From Patescibacteria group bacterium (lineage in GTDB: Bacteria; Patescibacteriota; WWE3; UBA101185; UBA10185): a stretch of DNA of 64,000 nucleotides. Numbering within the stretch: position 1 is the stretch's first letter; each line of letters starts with the position of its first letter. This document shows, piece by piece, positions 1-9,335 of the stretch. The translations under genes were made by a program, and so were the position numbers. The notes beneath the pieces were generated by a model. That model ran no database searches. It saw only the letters and a list, made by a program, of their open reading frames with translations, and was not told the DNA's origin. The DNA is taken from contig JBMORU010000001.1 in assembly GCA_049322215.1 (NCBI GenBank), positions 452,023-516,022 on the forward strand, read 5' to 3'.

Positions 1-895
1 CTTCTGGTGTAGAAGGGTCTGTTAAAGTGTCTCCTATGTTAGCGTGGGGTATTCCAGTTAAAAGAACTATTTCTCCGGCAACTGCGTGATCTGTTTCTAC
101 ACGTGCAAGACCTTGATTTACATAAATTTTGTCTATTTTAACTGTTTCTTGATTTCCGTTTCTATTTATTAAAGTCAATTCTTGTTTTGCATTAATTTTT
201 CCGCGTTTAATTCGCCCAATTGCATATTTTCCCTTGTGTTCATCCCAGTCTAAAGATGTAACTAACATTTGAAATGGTGCATTTATATCTTTTTCAGGAG
301 CTGGTATTTCGTTTAGTATTGTTTCAAATACGGGTTCTAAATCAGCAGTTTTTGTTGCATCCTGCGGAAGTTCTATCCAAGCTTTTTCATCTCTGCCTAT
401 GGCATAAACTACTTTAAAGTCTAATTGAGCCTCATTTGTGGCTAATTCTAAGAATAAATCGTAAATTTTGTTTAAAGTTGTTTCAATATTTGCATTTGGT
501 TTATCTATTTTGTTTATTACAACTACAACCTGTAAATTTAATTCAAGTGCTTTTCTTAATACAAACTTGGTTTGAGGCATAGGCCCCTCTTGCGCATCTA
601 CCAAAAGCAAAACCCCATCAGCCATGTTTAGGGTTCTTTCTACTTCACCGCCAAAATCAGCATGACCTGGTGTGTCTATAATATTAATTTTTGTGCCCTT
701 GTAGGTTACAGCAGTGTTTTTAGCCAAAATTGTTATGCCTCTTTCTCGTTCTTGATCGTTTGAATCAAGAATAAGCTCTTGAGTCATATACACCTCATTT
801 TGTCTAAATGTTTTGGCTTGTTTTAGTAGTCCGTCTACTAGTGTTGTTTTACCGTGATCTACGTGAGCAATTATTGCAATATTTCTTATGTCCAT
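1..895 (-). CDS. typA: GTP-binding protein TypA/BipA, N-terminal part; the gene continues beyond the window start
   Basis: Reverse-strand translation from the ATG at 893-895 reads [26 protein letters not shown]...DTPGHADFGGEVER...NKIDKP. These are the G1, G3 and G4 motifs of a translational GTPase of the TypA/BipA type. Not in the ORF track because it is truncated at the window edge. Confidence 0.8.
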   Translation of the reverse strand, partial: MDIRNIAIIAHVDHGKTTLVDGLLKQAKTFRQNEVYMTQELILDSNDQERERGITILAKNTAVTYKGTKINIIDTPGHADFGGEVERTLNMADGVLLLVDAQEGPMPQTKFVLRKALELNLQVVVVINKIDKPNANIETTLNKIYDLFLELATNEAQLDFKVVYAIGRDEKAWIELPQDATKTADLEPVFETILNEIPAPEKDINAPFQMLVTSLDWDEHKGKYAIGRIKRGKINAKQELTLINRNGNQETVKIDKIYVNQGLARVETDHAVAGEIVLLTGIPHANIGDTLTDPSTPE

Positions 896-943
896 AAGCT
901 TTTGGATTATACAGACTTGTGGGAATAATACAAATAGTAAAGT

Positions 944-990
944 GAAATAAAGGAGAACTTCGCCCTAGGGGCGAAGTGCCCCATTATTTT
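944..990. terminator. bidirectional rho-independent terminator hairpin (cttcgccc-tag-gggcgaag) with flanking T/A runs
   Basis: Perfect 8-bp inverted repeat at 958-976. It lies between the Cys-rich ORF and typA. Confidence 0.5.
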
Positions 991-1012
991 GTATGCAAAT
1001 AAAATTCATTCG

Positions 1013-1384
1013 TTAGCTTCTAAAAAGCTTTTTTAGCATACCCATAAGACCGCCGTTTGATTCATTGGAATTGTCAGCTGAATCACCAGACATACCACCC
1101 ATATCAGCAGGTGTATCTGTAGCTGGGGAGTTCATTTCTGGCTGTGCAGGTGTAGCTGCAGGGGTAGGTTCTGCAGGTGCTTGTGTCATAGGATCCATTG
1201 GTGTTGGGTTATTGTTCATTTCATCCATTTCTGGTTCACCTCCTTCACCGTGATTGCTGCATGCACATCCTCCGCCGCAATGACAACCGTTATTGTCACA
1301 TTCGCAATCTTCTTTTTTGCACTTTTCACAAACTATTTTTTTATTATCTACATTGCCACATCCACATGTGTCGCACATTCGCAA
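1013..1384 (-). CDS. small Cys-rich (about 15 Cys in the first 45 aa) plus Met/Pro/Thr-rich protein, putative metal-binding; product unknown
   Basis: ORF track 123 aa: MCDTCGCGNVDNKKIVCEKCKKEDCECDNNGCHCGGGCACSNHGEGG followed by a low-complexity tail with MxxM-type motifs. Terminator hairpin downstream. Confidence 0.6.
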   Translation of the reverse strand: MRMCDTCGCGNVDNKKIVCEKCKKEDCECDNNGCHCGGGCACSNHGEGGEPEMDEMNNNPTPMDPMTQAPAEPTPAATPAQPEMNSPATDTPADMGGMSGDSADNSNESNGGLMGMLKKLFRS

Positions 1385-1493
1385 TCACCTCCTAGTTAAA
1401 TAAAACCAAATACTTTTATACATTCTACATATTTATTCATTTAATGGGAACTCTAGTTTGTTAAAATCGTATAAATTAGCTAAAATCATAGTC

Positions 1494-2093
1494 ATGGAAA
1501 GTACACAACATGAACAACAAAGAGTAGCAGTTTTCGTAGATGTCCAAAATCTATACTACTCGGCCAAGAATTTATTTCAGGCAAAAGTAGATTTTGGAAA
1601 CGTTTTGACCGAATCCGTAGGTCATAGAAGGTTAATTAGAGCATTTGCATATGTAATAAAAGCAGATGTAGGTGCTGAAAAAGAATTTTTTGAGGCTTTA
1701 TACCAAAGAGGCTTTGAAGTGCGTGAAAAAGAACTTCAAATTTTTTATGGTGGAGCTAAAAAAGGTGATTGGGATGTAGGTATTTGCATGGACATTGTAC
1801 GAATGCTTCCAAAAATAGATACCATGATATTAGTTTCGGGGGATGGAGACTACACTGATGTACTTGATTACTCTCGTAGTCAGGGTGTGCGTACAGAAGT
1901 AGTTGCCTTTGCAAAAACTGCTTCTTCACGATTAATAGAAGAAGCTGAGCACTTTTTAGATATGTCTCAAGAACCCGGTAAATTTTTAATCAAAAAATCC
2001 GGTTTTCTAAAAAGGTCTCGTCGCGTAGCCACTACCAAGTCCGATAGTGACAGTGCACCATCTAGCGAAAAAGATGACTCACAAGACTACTAA
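1494..2093 (+). CDS. NYN/LabA-like PIN-fold domain protein
   Basis: The motif AVFVDVQNLYYSAK...ILVSGDGDY is typical of NYN (LabA-like) domains. An ATG at 1494 is preferred over the TTG at 1458. Confidence 0.6.
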   Translation: MESTQHEQQRVAVFVDVQNLYYSAKNLFQAKVDFGNVLTESVGHRRLIRAFAYVIKADVGAEKEFFEALYQRGFEVREKELQIFYGGAKKGDWDVGICMDIVRMLPKIDTMILVSGDGDYTDVLDYSRSQGVRTEVVAFAKTASSRLIEEAEHFLDMSQEPGKFLIKKSGFLKRSRRVATTKSDSDSAPSSEKDDSQDY

Positions 2094-3849
2094 AAAGGCT
2101 AAAAATATTAGAGTAAAGTTAGTCACTTTATTTAATTCTTCAGCATTACAAATGTTGTTGTGGGTTTTTAGTGGGTTGGTTTTGTCTGTTTCTATTTATC
2201 ATGCCTACTATGCTAACAAAATTGTTCCTGGTGTTTACGTTGCAGGCGTTAACGTTGGTAAAATGTCTTACGATCAAGCAATTGGTGCTTTGCAACAAGC
2301 TGAAGAAAATGAATACACTACTGTTTCTTTAGCATATAAAGATAGAGCATTCGAAATTCCATCATCTACAATTAACTTACACTATAACTGGGACGCTTCT
2401 GTAAAACGTGCTTACGAAGTTGGGCGCACAGGAAATATTTACACAGATACAAAGGATAAAATCGCAGGTTTAGTAAAACCATTAAATATTCAAGCATTTT
2501 ATTCTTTCGATGAAGAAACACTAAGTTCTATTTTGTCTAAAATTAGTGGAGAACTAAACCAGGAACCTTCAAACGCCTCATTTGTTTTAAACGAAAATGG
2601 TTTAGAAATCACACCCTCTAAAGACGGCTTGTTAGTAGAAGTAAGCGATTTATATAACAAAGTTGTATATTCGTTTTCAGCTATGGACTTTAAAATTCAA
2701 CAAATCGGTGTAGACCAAGCAAAAGCTGATATTGCTGAAAGTGATTTAGAAAAAATGCGAGAATCAGTAGAAGCTCTAGTATTAGAACCCTTTACCATTA
2801 CCTATGAAGATAAAAAATGGACAATAGATTCTAAAGAAATGTTGAATTTTATTTTGATCAGACGTGAGTCAGGAATTTTGACCTTAACCTTAGATAACGA
2901 TCGCTTTGAAGCATATTTAGATATTTTAGCTCAAGAAATCAACCAACTTCCCAGAGGTCATGTAACAAAAACCGAAGGAGATCGTGTACTAGCTTTCGAG
3001 CTAACTCAAGAAGGTAAAGAGTTAGACGTAAAGCAATTTACCAACGATTTCAAACAAGCCTTGTTTGATGGTAAAAAAACAGTACAGGCAACTGTTAATG
3101 TAGTTTCAGGTCCAAGTGATCCTACAAAATATGGAATCTTAGCCTTACTAGGAGAAGGGCATTCAAAGTTTACAGGTTCTGCAGCAGCCCGTGTTAAAAA
3201 TTTAACTTTGGCCGCAGAAAGAACAAATGGTGTGTTGGTTCCCCCAGGAGGTGTTTATTCATTCAATAATTCTGTGGGTGAAATTAGTGGTGCAAATGGA
3301 TACGACTCAGCTTATATAATTTCTAACGGAAGAACCATTTTGGGAGAAGGTGGTGGTGTTTGTCAAACATCTACCACATTGTACAGAGCAGTTTTAAATT
3401 CCGGCTTACCTATTGTAACAAGATACCCTCACGCGTACCGTGTTTATTACTATGAAATAGATGCTCCTGTGGGCTTTGACGCGTCTATTTACCAGCCTTC
3501 TTTAGATTTTCAGTTTAAAAACGATACGCCTAACTTTATTTTAGTTCAGTCCACGTGGAACACTTCTACTCAGGAACTGGAATTTAAAATTTATGGTACC
3601 CCTGACGGGCGTGAAGTAGAAGTAAGTGAACCAGTTGTTACAAACGTAAAAGCACCTCCTGCGCCTTTGTATCAAGATGATCCTTCTTTGCCCAAAGGTG
3701 TAACTAAACAAGTAGATTTTTCAGCTTGGGGGGCAACGGTTGAATATACACGTACGGTAAAACGTGGTGGAGAAGTAATAAACCAAGAAGTGTATAAAAG
3801 CACTTATCAGCCATGGAGAGCAATTTATTTAGTGGGTACTAAAACCTAG
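2074..3849 (+). CDS. VanW-like domain protein with N-terminal TM anchor and C-terminal G5-like segment
   Basis: N-terminal hydrophobic helix, then GGVYSFNNSVGEI...GGGVCQTSTTLYRAVLNSG (VanW signature), then a KGVTKQVDFSAWGATVEYTRTV G5-like region. The in-frame ATG at 2074 overlaps the upstream gene end by 20 nt. The track start at 2047 is a GTG. Confidence 0.65.
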   Translation: MTHKTTKKAKNIRVKLVTLFNSSALQMLLWVFSGLVLSVSIYHAYYANKIVPGVYVAGVNVGKMSYDQAIGALQQAEENEYTTVSLAYKDRAFEIPSSTINLHYNWDASVKRAYEVGRTGNIYTDTKDKIAGLVKPLNIQAFYSFDEETLSSILSKISGELNQEPSNASFVLNENGLEITPSKDGLLVEVSDLYNKVVYSFSAMDFKIQQIGVDQAKADIAESDLEKMRESVEALVLEPFTITYEDKKWTIDSKEMLNFILIRRESGILTLTLDNDRFEAYLDILAQEINQLPRGHVTKTEGDRVLAFELTQEGKELDVKQFTNDFKQALFDGKKTVQATVNVVSGPSDPTKYGILALLGEGHSKFTGSAAARVKNLTLAAERTNGVLVPPGGVYSFNNSVGEISGANGYDSAYIISNGRTILGEGGGVCQTSTTLYRAVLNSGLPIVTRYPHAYRVYYYEIDAPVGFDASIYQPSLDFQFKNDTPNFILVQSTWNTSTQELEFKIYGTPDGREVEVSEPVVTNVKAPPAPLYQDDPSLPKGVTKQVDFSAWGATVEYTRTVKRGGEVINQEVYKSTYQPWRAIYLVGTKT

Positions 3850-4277
3850 CTTATATCTATAATTACAACTGTTGTTTCGAGCTTTTCCTGCTTATACGAT
3901 GTAATAGTTACACGTTCGTTGCTTTCTTTAGTTTTATATTTGGTGGAAAAAAATACTCCCGCTTCTCCTTGAGATTCAACTTCCCAATTTCTTGAGCCAA
4001 ATACGTTTTTGTAAAATTCTTGTATTTGTTCAGGTGAAATATTTTTGACGCTTAATGTAATTTGATAACCGCTGGCAGCATGTCCGCTGCTTATTTCTAC
4101 AGCATCGTCAGGATAGGGAATTCCTAAGTTATTTAGTGTGCTTTTGCCTTTAACTTGTGTTTGGTCTGTAGCTACACCTACAGGTTTAAAATTTATGAAG
4201 TTTAAATAGGCCACAGTAGCGAATACCGCAATTCCTAACATAACAGCCGCCTGAGCCTGTGTTATTTTAGTATTCAT
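3846..4277 (-). CDS. hypothetical membrane-anchored protein, co-oriented downstream of the giant esterase gene
   Basis: 143 aa with an N-terminal TM helix. Its stop overlaps the VanW-like stop (convergent). Confidence 0.5.
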   Translation of the reverse strand: MNTKITQAQAAVMLGIAVFATVAYLNFINFKPVGVATDQTQVKGKSTLNNLGIPYPDDAVEISSGHAASGYQITLSVKNISPEQIQEFYKNVFGSRNWEVESQGEAGVFFSTKYKTKESNERVTITSYKQEKLETTVVIIDIS

Positions 4278-4291
4278 GGTAAGAGTATATT

Positions 4292-7200
4292 TTAATTTGG
4301 ATATTTAATCCAGGATACTCCCAAACTTTCAGCTACATCTGCTTCATATAAGTCGGCTTCTAAAGAGCCTCTATAAGCTGCTTTACATCTATCTTGTGTA
4401 CAATTTCCAATAGGGAAATGATTTGCTTTTACTGGAACGCAATCTAACCCTGTTTGTGTACATCCTTCTACAATATCGCCGTATCTATTTGTATAGCCGT
4501 TAAATGTAAAGAAACCGTTTTTTTGGCCATCTTCGTCGTATTGTGACCCATCCATATCTTGGTATATTTTTACCCAAATTCTAAATAATGCTGCTGCACT
4601 ATTATTGTTGTCGCAAGTTATTAAATTAGTTTCAGGGTCTACACACCAAAAATGGGGATTTTGCTCGGTTGAAGGTAATAATGCCTGTGTTGGGTCTGTT
4701 TCACCTATACTTTCACCTTGATCAAAGTGAATACCAAAACCAACCATTAATCTTTTTACCCCTGTTGGATCAGAACTTAGCAGGTTATACTCATTTCCTT
4801 CTGTTTGCCATGAGTCTAAGCTGTTTTTACCAATCGGATGAATTCTGTAAGGTGCTAGTTCTGCGGGAGAGTTTGCGAATTCAGGAGGATCCCCAGGCAA
4901 GGGTGCATAGGTGCCTCTATTTGGAAAGTTTAAACGCCCAAAATCAACCCAACCTCCGCCACTGTATGTGCCACAGTTATCAGTTACTACGCCTTGAGAG
5001 GCAGGATCTACGTTATCGCTGTCACAAGCTCTAATTTGTGCATAGGTACTATGAAATCTTGTAAAAGCGCCTAATTGGCCACCAATCTGGTGATAGTGAA
5101 CTCTTGCATCTGTAATTGTGTTTGAACCAAGTAGTAACGATCCCGTAGAGGCATCTCTATCCTTTACGTATAGCCAGTGATTTCCTTCATGTTTAGCAGA
5201 GTTTTCGGTTGTAGTACCAGGAATATAGGATTCAAAGTTTGCGCCTGCTCCCGCAAATGTCTGCCAAGGGTAAGAAATATCTACAGGTTTGCCAACATCA
5301 CTGCCAAACCAGTTGTACACTTCGGTACCAAACACATCGTCCATATCATGAGGATCTTGCTTATGTTCATGATCCCAATGGCATCCTTCTGCAGGATTCC
5401 AAATACCATGCCATTTTCTTGAGTCGTGCTCTATACCTAATTCTTCGCATGAGGGTGCTTCTGCATACGGCGGTGTACCGTTTCCTATTCCTGGAGGGGG
5501 TGGTGCTGTGTCCCCACCATCACCCTCATCGTCTACAGGTGGGGGTGGCGTTGTATCATCGCAAGGTTGTGGGTTTCTTGGGCGCCTTCCAAGAACTCTA
5601 TCTACAAGATTTTGTACTCCTCTAACTGTTCTTCTAACAATGTTATCATCTTCGTAATCTCTACATTCTCGTGGATCCCCATCATCATTATCAGATTCCG
5701 TAACATTTATTGTTGTCTGATCTGTGGCTGTTTCACCAGTAGAATCAGCTATGGTTAAAGACAGTGTATAGGTTCCCGGTGTTTCATATGTATGATTAAT
5801 GTTTACTGCTTGCCCTGTTGTACCGTCGCCAAAATCCCAATTATACGAAACAATATTTCCGTTTGGCGAACTTGATGACGATGCAGATGCGGTTATATCT
5901 AATGGGGCACTTCCGGAAGTTGGAGCTACACTTATTACAGCCTGAATTTCGTTTTCTACAGGAGGTGGTGGGGGTGGAGGTGTTGTTCCTCCACCGTTGT
6001 TATTAAAACAGCTCCAGTGAAACTGTCCTAACCTTTCGCCAATAGTAAGGCCGGGTGCTTCAGAATCAGCTACCCCTAAAAGTCCATTTAAATTATGACC
6101 TACACCTGCGCCTAAACTTAGCTCCCGGCTTGCTTCAGGAACTCCTGCAACAGCTAAATAGTCATTTAAAGTGTTAATGGTTTCTTCACTGCCTAATCCT
6201 TCTACAGACCCCGCTGACATTTTAAATATCATACTTTGTGCAATGTCAGCGCTATCGGAGTTAATGTACTCTTGTATTTCTGGCCAATTGCTTGTAAAAG
6301 CGGGGGACAACGGTGCTATAGAACAAAATAAATCATTGTGTTTCAAACCTAAACGCATTGTACCTTGACCACCCATAGAAAATCCTTGCAAACCTCTTCC
6401 AAATCTATTTGCTACAGTTCTGTAAGTACTGTCAATATGAGGTATTAGTTCGTTAATTAGCATTGATTCCGGACACTCCTTTGTAGTCGCACAGTCACCT
6501 GGCGAGTCAACATACCCTAACCCTTTACCACCATTTGGAAATACCAAAATGGTTGGTGGAATTACGCCTCTTTCAACTAGGTTAATAAGGTTAGATGCAT
6601 TATTTTCAGTGGTACTTAAATAGTTACACTCTTGTCCGTTTACACCATGTAAAAAGTAAATAACAGGATACTTAGTAGTATTGCTTGGATTATCATACCC
6701 TTCGGGTTTGTAAATTGTGTAGCCAACCCAAGTATCCATTATGTTGCTGTAAAAGCTTTGTTTTTCTACTCTTGGTTCTGTTGGATTACACCACTGGGTG
6801 TTCCAAAAGCCGAATGTTTCATCAGAAGGTGGTGGAGGTGTTGTTCCTCCTCCTGAAGAACCCCCTACAAACCACATTTTTGTAGTTTCATCATTTTTAA
6901 AGAAATTTAACAGTTGCTGGCCTACATTGGTTCTACCACTAGCAGAAGGGTGTATACAATCTTGAGCTAAGTCCTGTTGAGTCCAGGAAGTACCATCTTG
7001 CCTTGGACTTTCATTAACCCAAAAATATGGACCCCATGATAACCACGGCGCCTTAACTACTCCAACATTTGGGTCGTAATTTAAGGTGGGATCTCCTTCT
7101 ATTTGACTTTGAATTAGCCACTTAACGCTGAATCCGGTTTCAAAAGCGGTTGGTTCTGGGCTTAAACCCTCCCAATATCGGTACGATCTTGTTCTACTTG

Positions 7201-8017
7201 ATATAAAAGCTTGCTTAATATTTGGGTACTTAGTTTTTAAATTTTGAACAATAAGCTCTAAATCTTCTTCTAGTGCTAAAGCTTTAGTAGGGAAGTTACC
7301 CGAACCCGATTGTGCTTGTTTTACCCAGGCAATTTGAACTTGCTCTGGGGTTATACCCGCACTAGCTAAACGTGCATCTAGTTCGTTCCATGTGGGTGCT
7401 GTTGGGTTTGTCCAAGCTACCGACGTTTGGCCACCTTGCGCGCCATTAACAATTACAAGGTTTTGGTTTAATGTAGAATCTTCTAAAGCCAAACGTGCAA
7501 ACTCTGTAAATTCTGAAGAGGTATTAGACATTCCTACGGAAATTAGCCCTATTTTCCCACTTGCGCTTGGGTTTCCATTAGCATCAAGTGGTACAACTGA
7601 GTTTCCTAGCTCTACACCTTTTGAATTATGTGCTGTAGGTCTAGTGTTTTGCCCATTTTTGTACAAACCACCTCCAATTTCAAATGAAGTTCCTGGCACG
7701 ATAGTAAAAGATTGTCCGTCCATACGTAGGTAGGGTCCTGTTAACTCATTAAGTGGCAAGCTTACATGTTGAAAAATTCCTTCACAAGTTGAAGGTGCCG
7801 TTGCTTGTAGTACGGCTTCACCGGAACTTGCCATACTAATTTGATTGGTACTATTAATACTTTTTGTTTGGTAAGTAATCCAGACACCAAAAATCCCAAG
7901 TATAAATAGCAGAGAAAATGAGAAAAGTGCTGTGTACTTGGTTTTAGACTTACTTTTGGGGGTTTGGAAAATTTCTGTTATTAGCTCATCTTGATTTTCT
8001 AATAGCTGTTCCGACAT
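4292..8017 (-). CDS. giant (1241 aa) membrane-anchored secreted multidomain protein: SGNH/GDSL-like hydrolase region, alpha/beta-hydrolase esterase (GFSMGG), PKD domain, and a Cys/Trp-rich C-terminal domain
   Basis: N-terminal TM helix. DCIHPS (DxxH block V) and GMSNT/VNGAQGG blocks suggest an SGNH fold. KYPVIYFLHGVNGQ...GFSMGGQGT is a GxSxG esterase. SYNWDFGDGTTG...HTYETPGTYTLSLTIADSTGETA is a PKD domain. Poly-Pro/Thr linkers (TTPPPPPPPV). Confidence 0.7.
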   Translation of the reverse strand: MSEQLLENQDELITEIFQTPKSKSKTKYTALFSFSLLFILGIFGVWITYQTKSINSTNQISMASSGEAVLQATAPSTCEGIFQHVSLPLNELTGPYLRMDGQSFTIVPGTSFEIGGGLYKNGQNTRPTAHNSKGVELGNSVVPLDANGNPSASGKIGLISVGMSNTSSEFTEFARLALEDSTLNQNLVIVNGAQGGQTSVAWTNPTAPTWNELDARLASAGITPEQVQIAWVKQAQSGSGNFPTKALALEEDLELIVQNLKTKYPNIKQAFISSRTRSYRYWEGLSPEPTAFETGFSVKWLIQSQIEGDPTLNYDPNVGVVKAPWLSWGPYFWVNESPRQDGTSWTQQDLAQDCIHPSASGRTNVGQQLLNFFKNDETTKMWFVGGSSGGGTTPPPPSDETFGFWNTQWCNPTEPRVEKQSFYSNIMDTWVGYTIYKPEGYDNPSNTTKYPVIYFLHGVNGQECNYLSTTENNASNLINLVERGVIPPTILVFPNGGKGLGYVDSPGDCATTKECPESMLINELIPHIDSTYRTVANRFGRGLQGFSMGGQGTMRLGLKHNDLFCSIAPLSPAFTSNWPEIQEYINSDSADIAQSMIFKMSAGSVEGLGSEETINTLNDYLAVAGVPEASRELSLGAGVGHNLNGLLGVADSEAPGLTIGERLGQFHWSCFNNNGGGTTPPPPPPPVENEIQAVISVAPTSGSAPLDITASASSSSSPNGNIVSYNWDFGDGTTGQAVNINHTYETPGTYTLSLTIADSTGETATDQTTINVTESDNDDGDPRECRDYEDDNIVRRTVRGVQNLVDRVLGRRPRNPQPCDDTTPPPPVDDEGDGGDTAPPPPGIGNGTPPYAEAPSCEELGIEHDSRKWHGIWNPAEGCHWDHEHKQDPHDMDDVFGTEVYNWFGSDVGKPVDISYPWQTFAGAGANFESYIPGTTTENSAKHEGNHWLYVKDRDASTGSLLLGSNTITDARVHYHQIGGQLGAFTRFHSTYAQIRACDSDNVDPASQGVVTDNCGTYSGGGWVDFGRLNFPNRGTYAPLPGDPPEFANSPAELAPYRIHPIGKNSLDSWQTEGNEYNLLSSDPTGVKRLMVGFGIHFDQGESIGETDPTQALLPSTEQNPHFWCVDPETNLITCDNNNSAAALFRIWVKIYQDMDGSQYDEDGQKNGFFTFNGYTNRYGDIVEGCTQTGLDCVPVKANHFPIGNCTQDRCKAAYRGSLEADLYEADVAESLGVSWIKYPN

Positions 8018-8091
8018 ATAATAGTATAGCTATATGATACAAAACATTGCAACCCATCAATATGGGTTTTTGAGTGTGTTTCTCTATAATA

Positions 8092-8120
8092 TTGAAAAAT
8101 TGGTAGGCATCTAGGATAAT
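8092..8120 (+). promoter_or_regulatory. sigma70-like promoter for tRNA-Glu (TTGAAA-17-GATAAT)
   Basis: -35 TTGAAA at 8092-8097, 17-nt spacer, -10 GATAAT at 8115-8120, about 10 nt upstream of the tRNA 5' end. Confidence 0.45.
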
Positions 8121-8130
8121 AGCGGGGTCT

Positions 8131-8205
8131 GGCCCCATCGTCTAACGGTTAGGACGGCAGGTTCTCAGTCTGCAAATCGGGGTTCGATTCCCCGTGGGGT
8201 CACCA
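8131..8205 (+). tRNA. tRNA-Glu (anticodon CUC), CCA encoded
   Basis: Hand-folded cloverleaf: acceptor GGCCCCA/TGGGGTC, D-arm GTCT-AACGGTTA-GGAC, anticodon stem GCAGG/TCTGC with loop TTCTCAG (34-36 = CTC), T-arm CGGGG-TTCGATT-CCCCG, then ACCA. TCGTCTA...AGGAC resembles bacterial tRNA-Glu. Confidence 0.75.
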
Positions 8206-8522
8206 TAAGAGACACCTTGCGTGTCAAAGGCAAAAATAGCTTGATACATTGGGTTTATTTGATGGTTCAATGTACCATCATTGTTGTAAGTAAGACCTGA
8301 AGGGAAGATTGAACCAAGTAAGGCTTTTATCTGAGGAACTGTTGATCTCCTGTGTGTTTTCCCTAAATCATTTAACGTATATTTTATAAAATCTGATAAT
8401 TTATTTATGTCGTATTTTCCCAAGTTAGAATCAGATTTTTCCACATGTGCTTTAGACTTGCACGACAGAAGAGTTGAAAACAGATTAGAGGAATTTAGAA
8501 GGCCTGGAAACCTTCATTCTGA

Positions 8523-8700
8523 ATTTCAAAGGTATTTTTCAGAGAAGATCTAGCACAAATAAAAACAAACCATGATGGATTCGGTTTAGGATTATCGATA
8601 GCACAGGATATTGTAAAAGTACACAAAGGTTCGATTAGTGTAAACAGTACTAAAAACGAAGGTTCTATGTTCACAGTAAAACTCCCCCTTAACTCTTAAG
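8523..8700 (+). pseudogene. C-terminal fragment of a sensor histidine kinase (HATPase_c G2 box), truncated remnant
   Basis: The frame translates ...NHDGFGLGLSIAQDIVKVHKGSISVNSTKNEGSMFTVKLPLNS*, a classic HK C-terminus. An upstream in-frame stop at 8520-8522 leaves only about 58 codons. No HisKA or sensor part. Confidence 0.6.
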
Positions 8701-8769
8701 CGCTATCTCAGAATAATCCCCTAAAGTAACTATAGCTTAAATATTTAACCACTAAGGGGGTGATAAGTA

Positions 8770-9240
8770 ATGAACAAGAAAATGATAATTCCAAGTCTAG
8801 TACTCGCCGCACTTGTTGGAGTCGGAAGCCATACAGTCGGCACTGTATACGCTCAGGAAAGTGATTCTATACCCACAAGGGTACAGGAAATAGCAGATAG
8901 ATTCAACCTAAATGTGAATGAAGTTTCAGATTTTTTCAAGGAAAAAAGAAAAGCTCGTATGGTTGAAAGACAAGCAGCACGTGAAGAAGCTCTTAATACT
9001 GCTGTCTCTGAAGGAAAGATAACAGAAGAACAAAAAAATACTCTTCTAGCAAGGATGGAAGAAAACAGGCCAGATAGAGAAGCCATGCAAAATCTCTCAA
9101 TGGAAGAAAGGCAGGCACAGAGAGAAGAGCACAAGGCAGGGATGGAAGCTTGGGCGGAAGAAAATGGAATCGATCTTTCAAACCTTAACCTAGGCAGAAA
9201 AGGTTTTGGAGGTGGTAGAAGATTTAATAAGGGAATATAA
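8770..9240 (+). CDS. secreted alpha-helical E/K/R-rich protein with LTXXQ-like motifs (CpxP/Spy-like periplasmic protein, tentative)
   Basis: Signal peptide MNKKMIIPSLVLAALVGVGSHTVGTVYA. Repeated ITEEQK / SMEERQ motifs. RBS AAGGGGG upstream. Confidence 0.5.
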   Translation: MNKKMIIPSLVLAALVGVGSHTVGTVYAQESDSIPTRVQEIADRFNLNVNEVSDFFKEKRKARMVERQAAREEALNTAVSEGKITEEQKNTLLARMEENRPDREAMQNLSMEERQAQREEHKAGMEAWAEENGIDLSNLNLGRKGFGGGRRFNKGI

Positions 9241-9267
9241 GAAAGATATATAATCTGCTTGCACAAG

Positions 9268-9300
9268 AACCCCCTTAGCTTAGGGGGGTTTTTGTTTTCA
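9268..9300 (+). terminator. rho-independent terminator (ccccc...ggggg + T-run)
   Basis: gaacccccttagcttaggggggtttttgtttt immediately after the 8770-9240 stop. Confidence 0.6.
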
Positions 9301-9335
9301 GTTATTTCTCAGAATACTTTTATACAATACATGCC

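Noticed and set aside
4669-7733. Multiple 60-128-aa ORFs on the plus strand inside the giant esterase gene; similar antisense ORFs inside rpoB, rpoC, fusA, lysS and secA
   Set aside because: All are antisense or internal to long, strongly supported genes and lack signals. They are typical six-frame noise.
8142-8444. 100-aa reverse ORF ending inside the tRNA-Glu gene
   Set aside because: Its 3' end overlaps the tRNA on the opposite strand and it has no RBS or motif. It is most likely spurious or a relic. It is mentioned only within the tRNA-locus finding.
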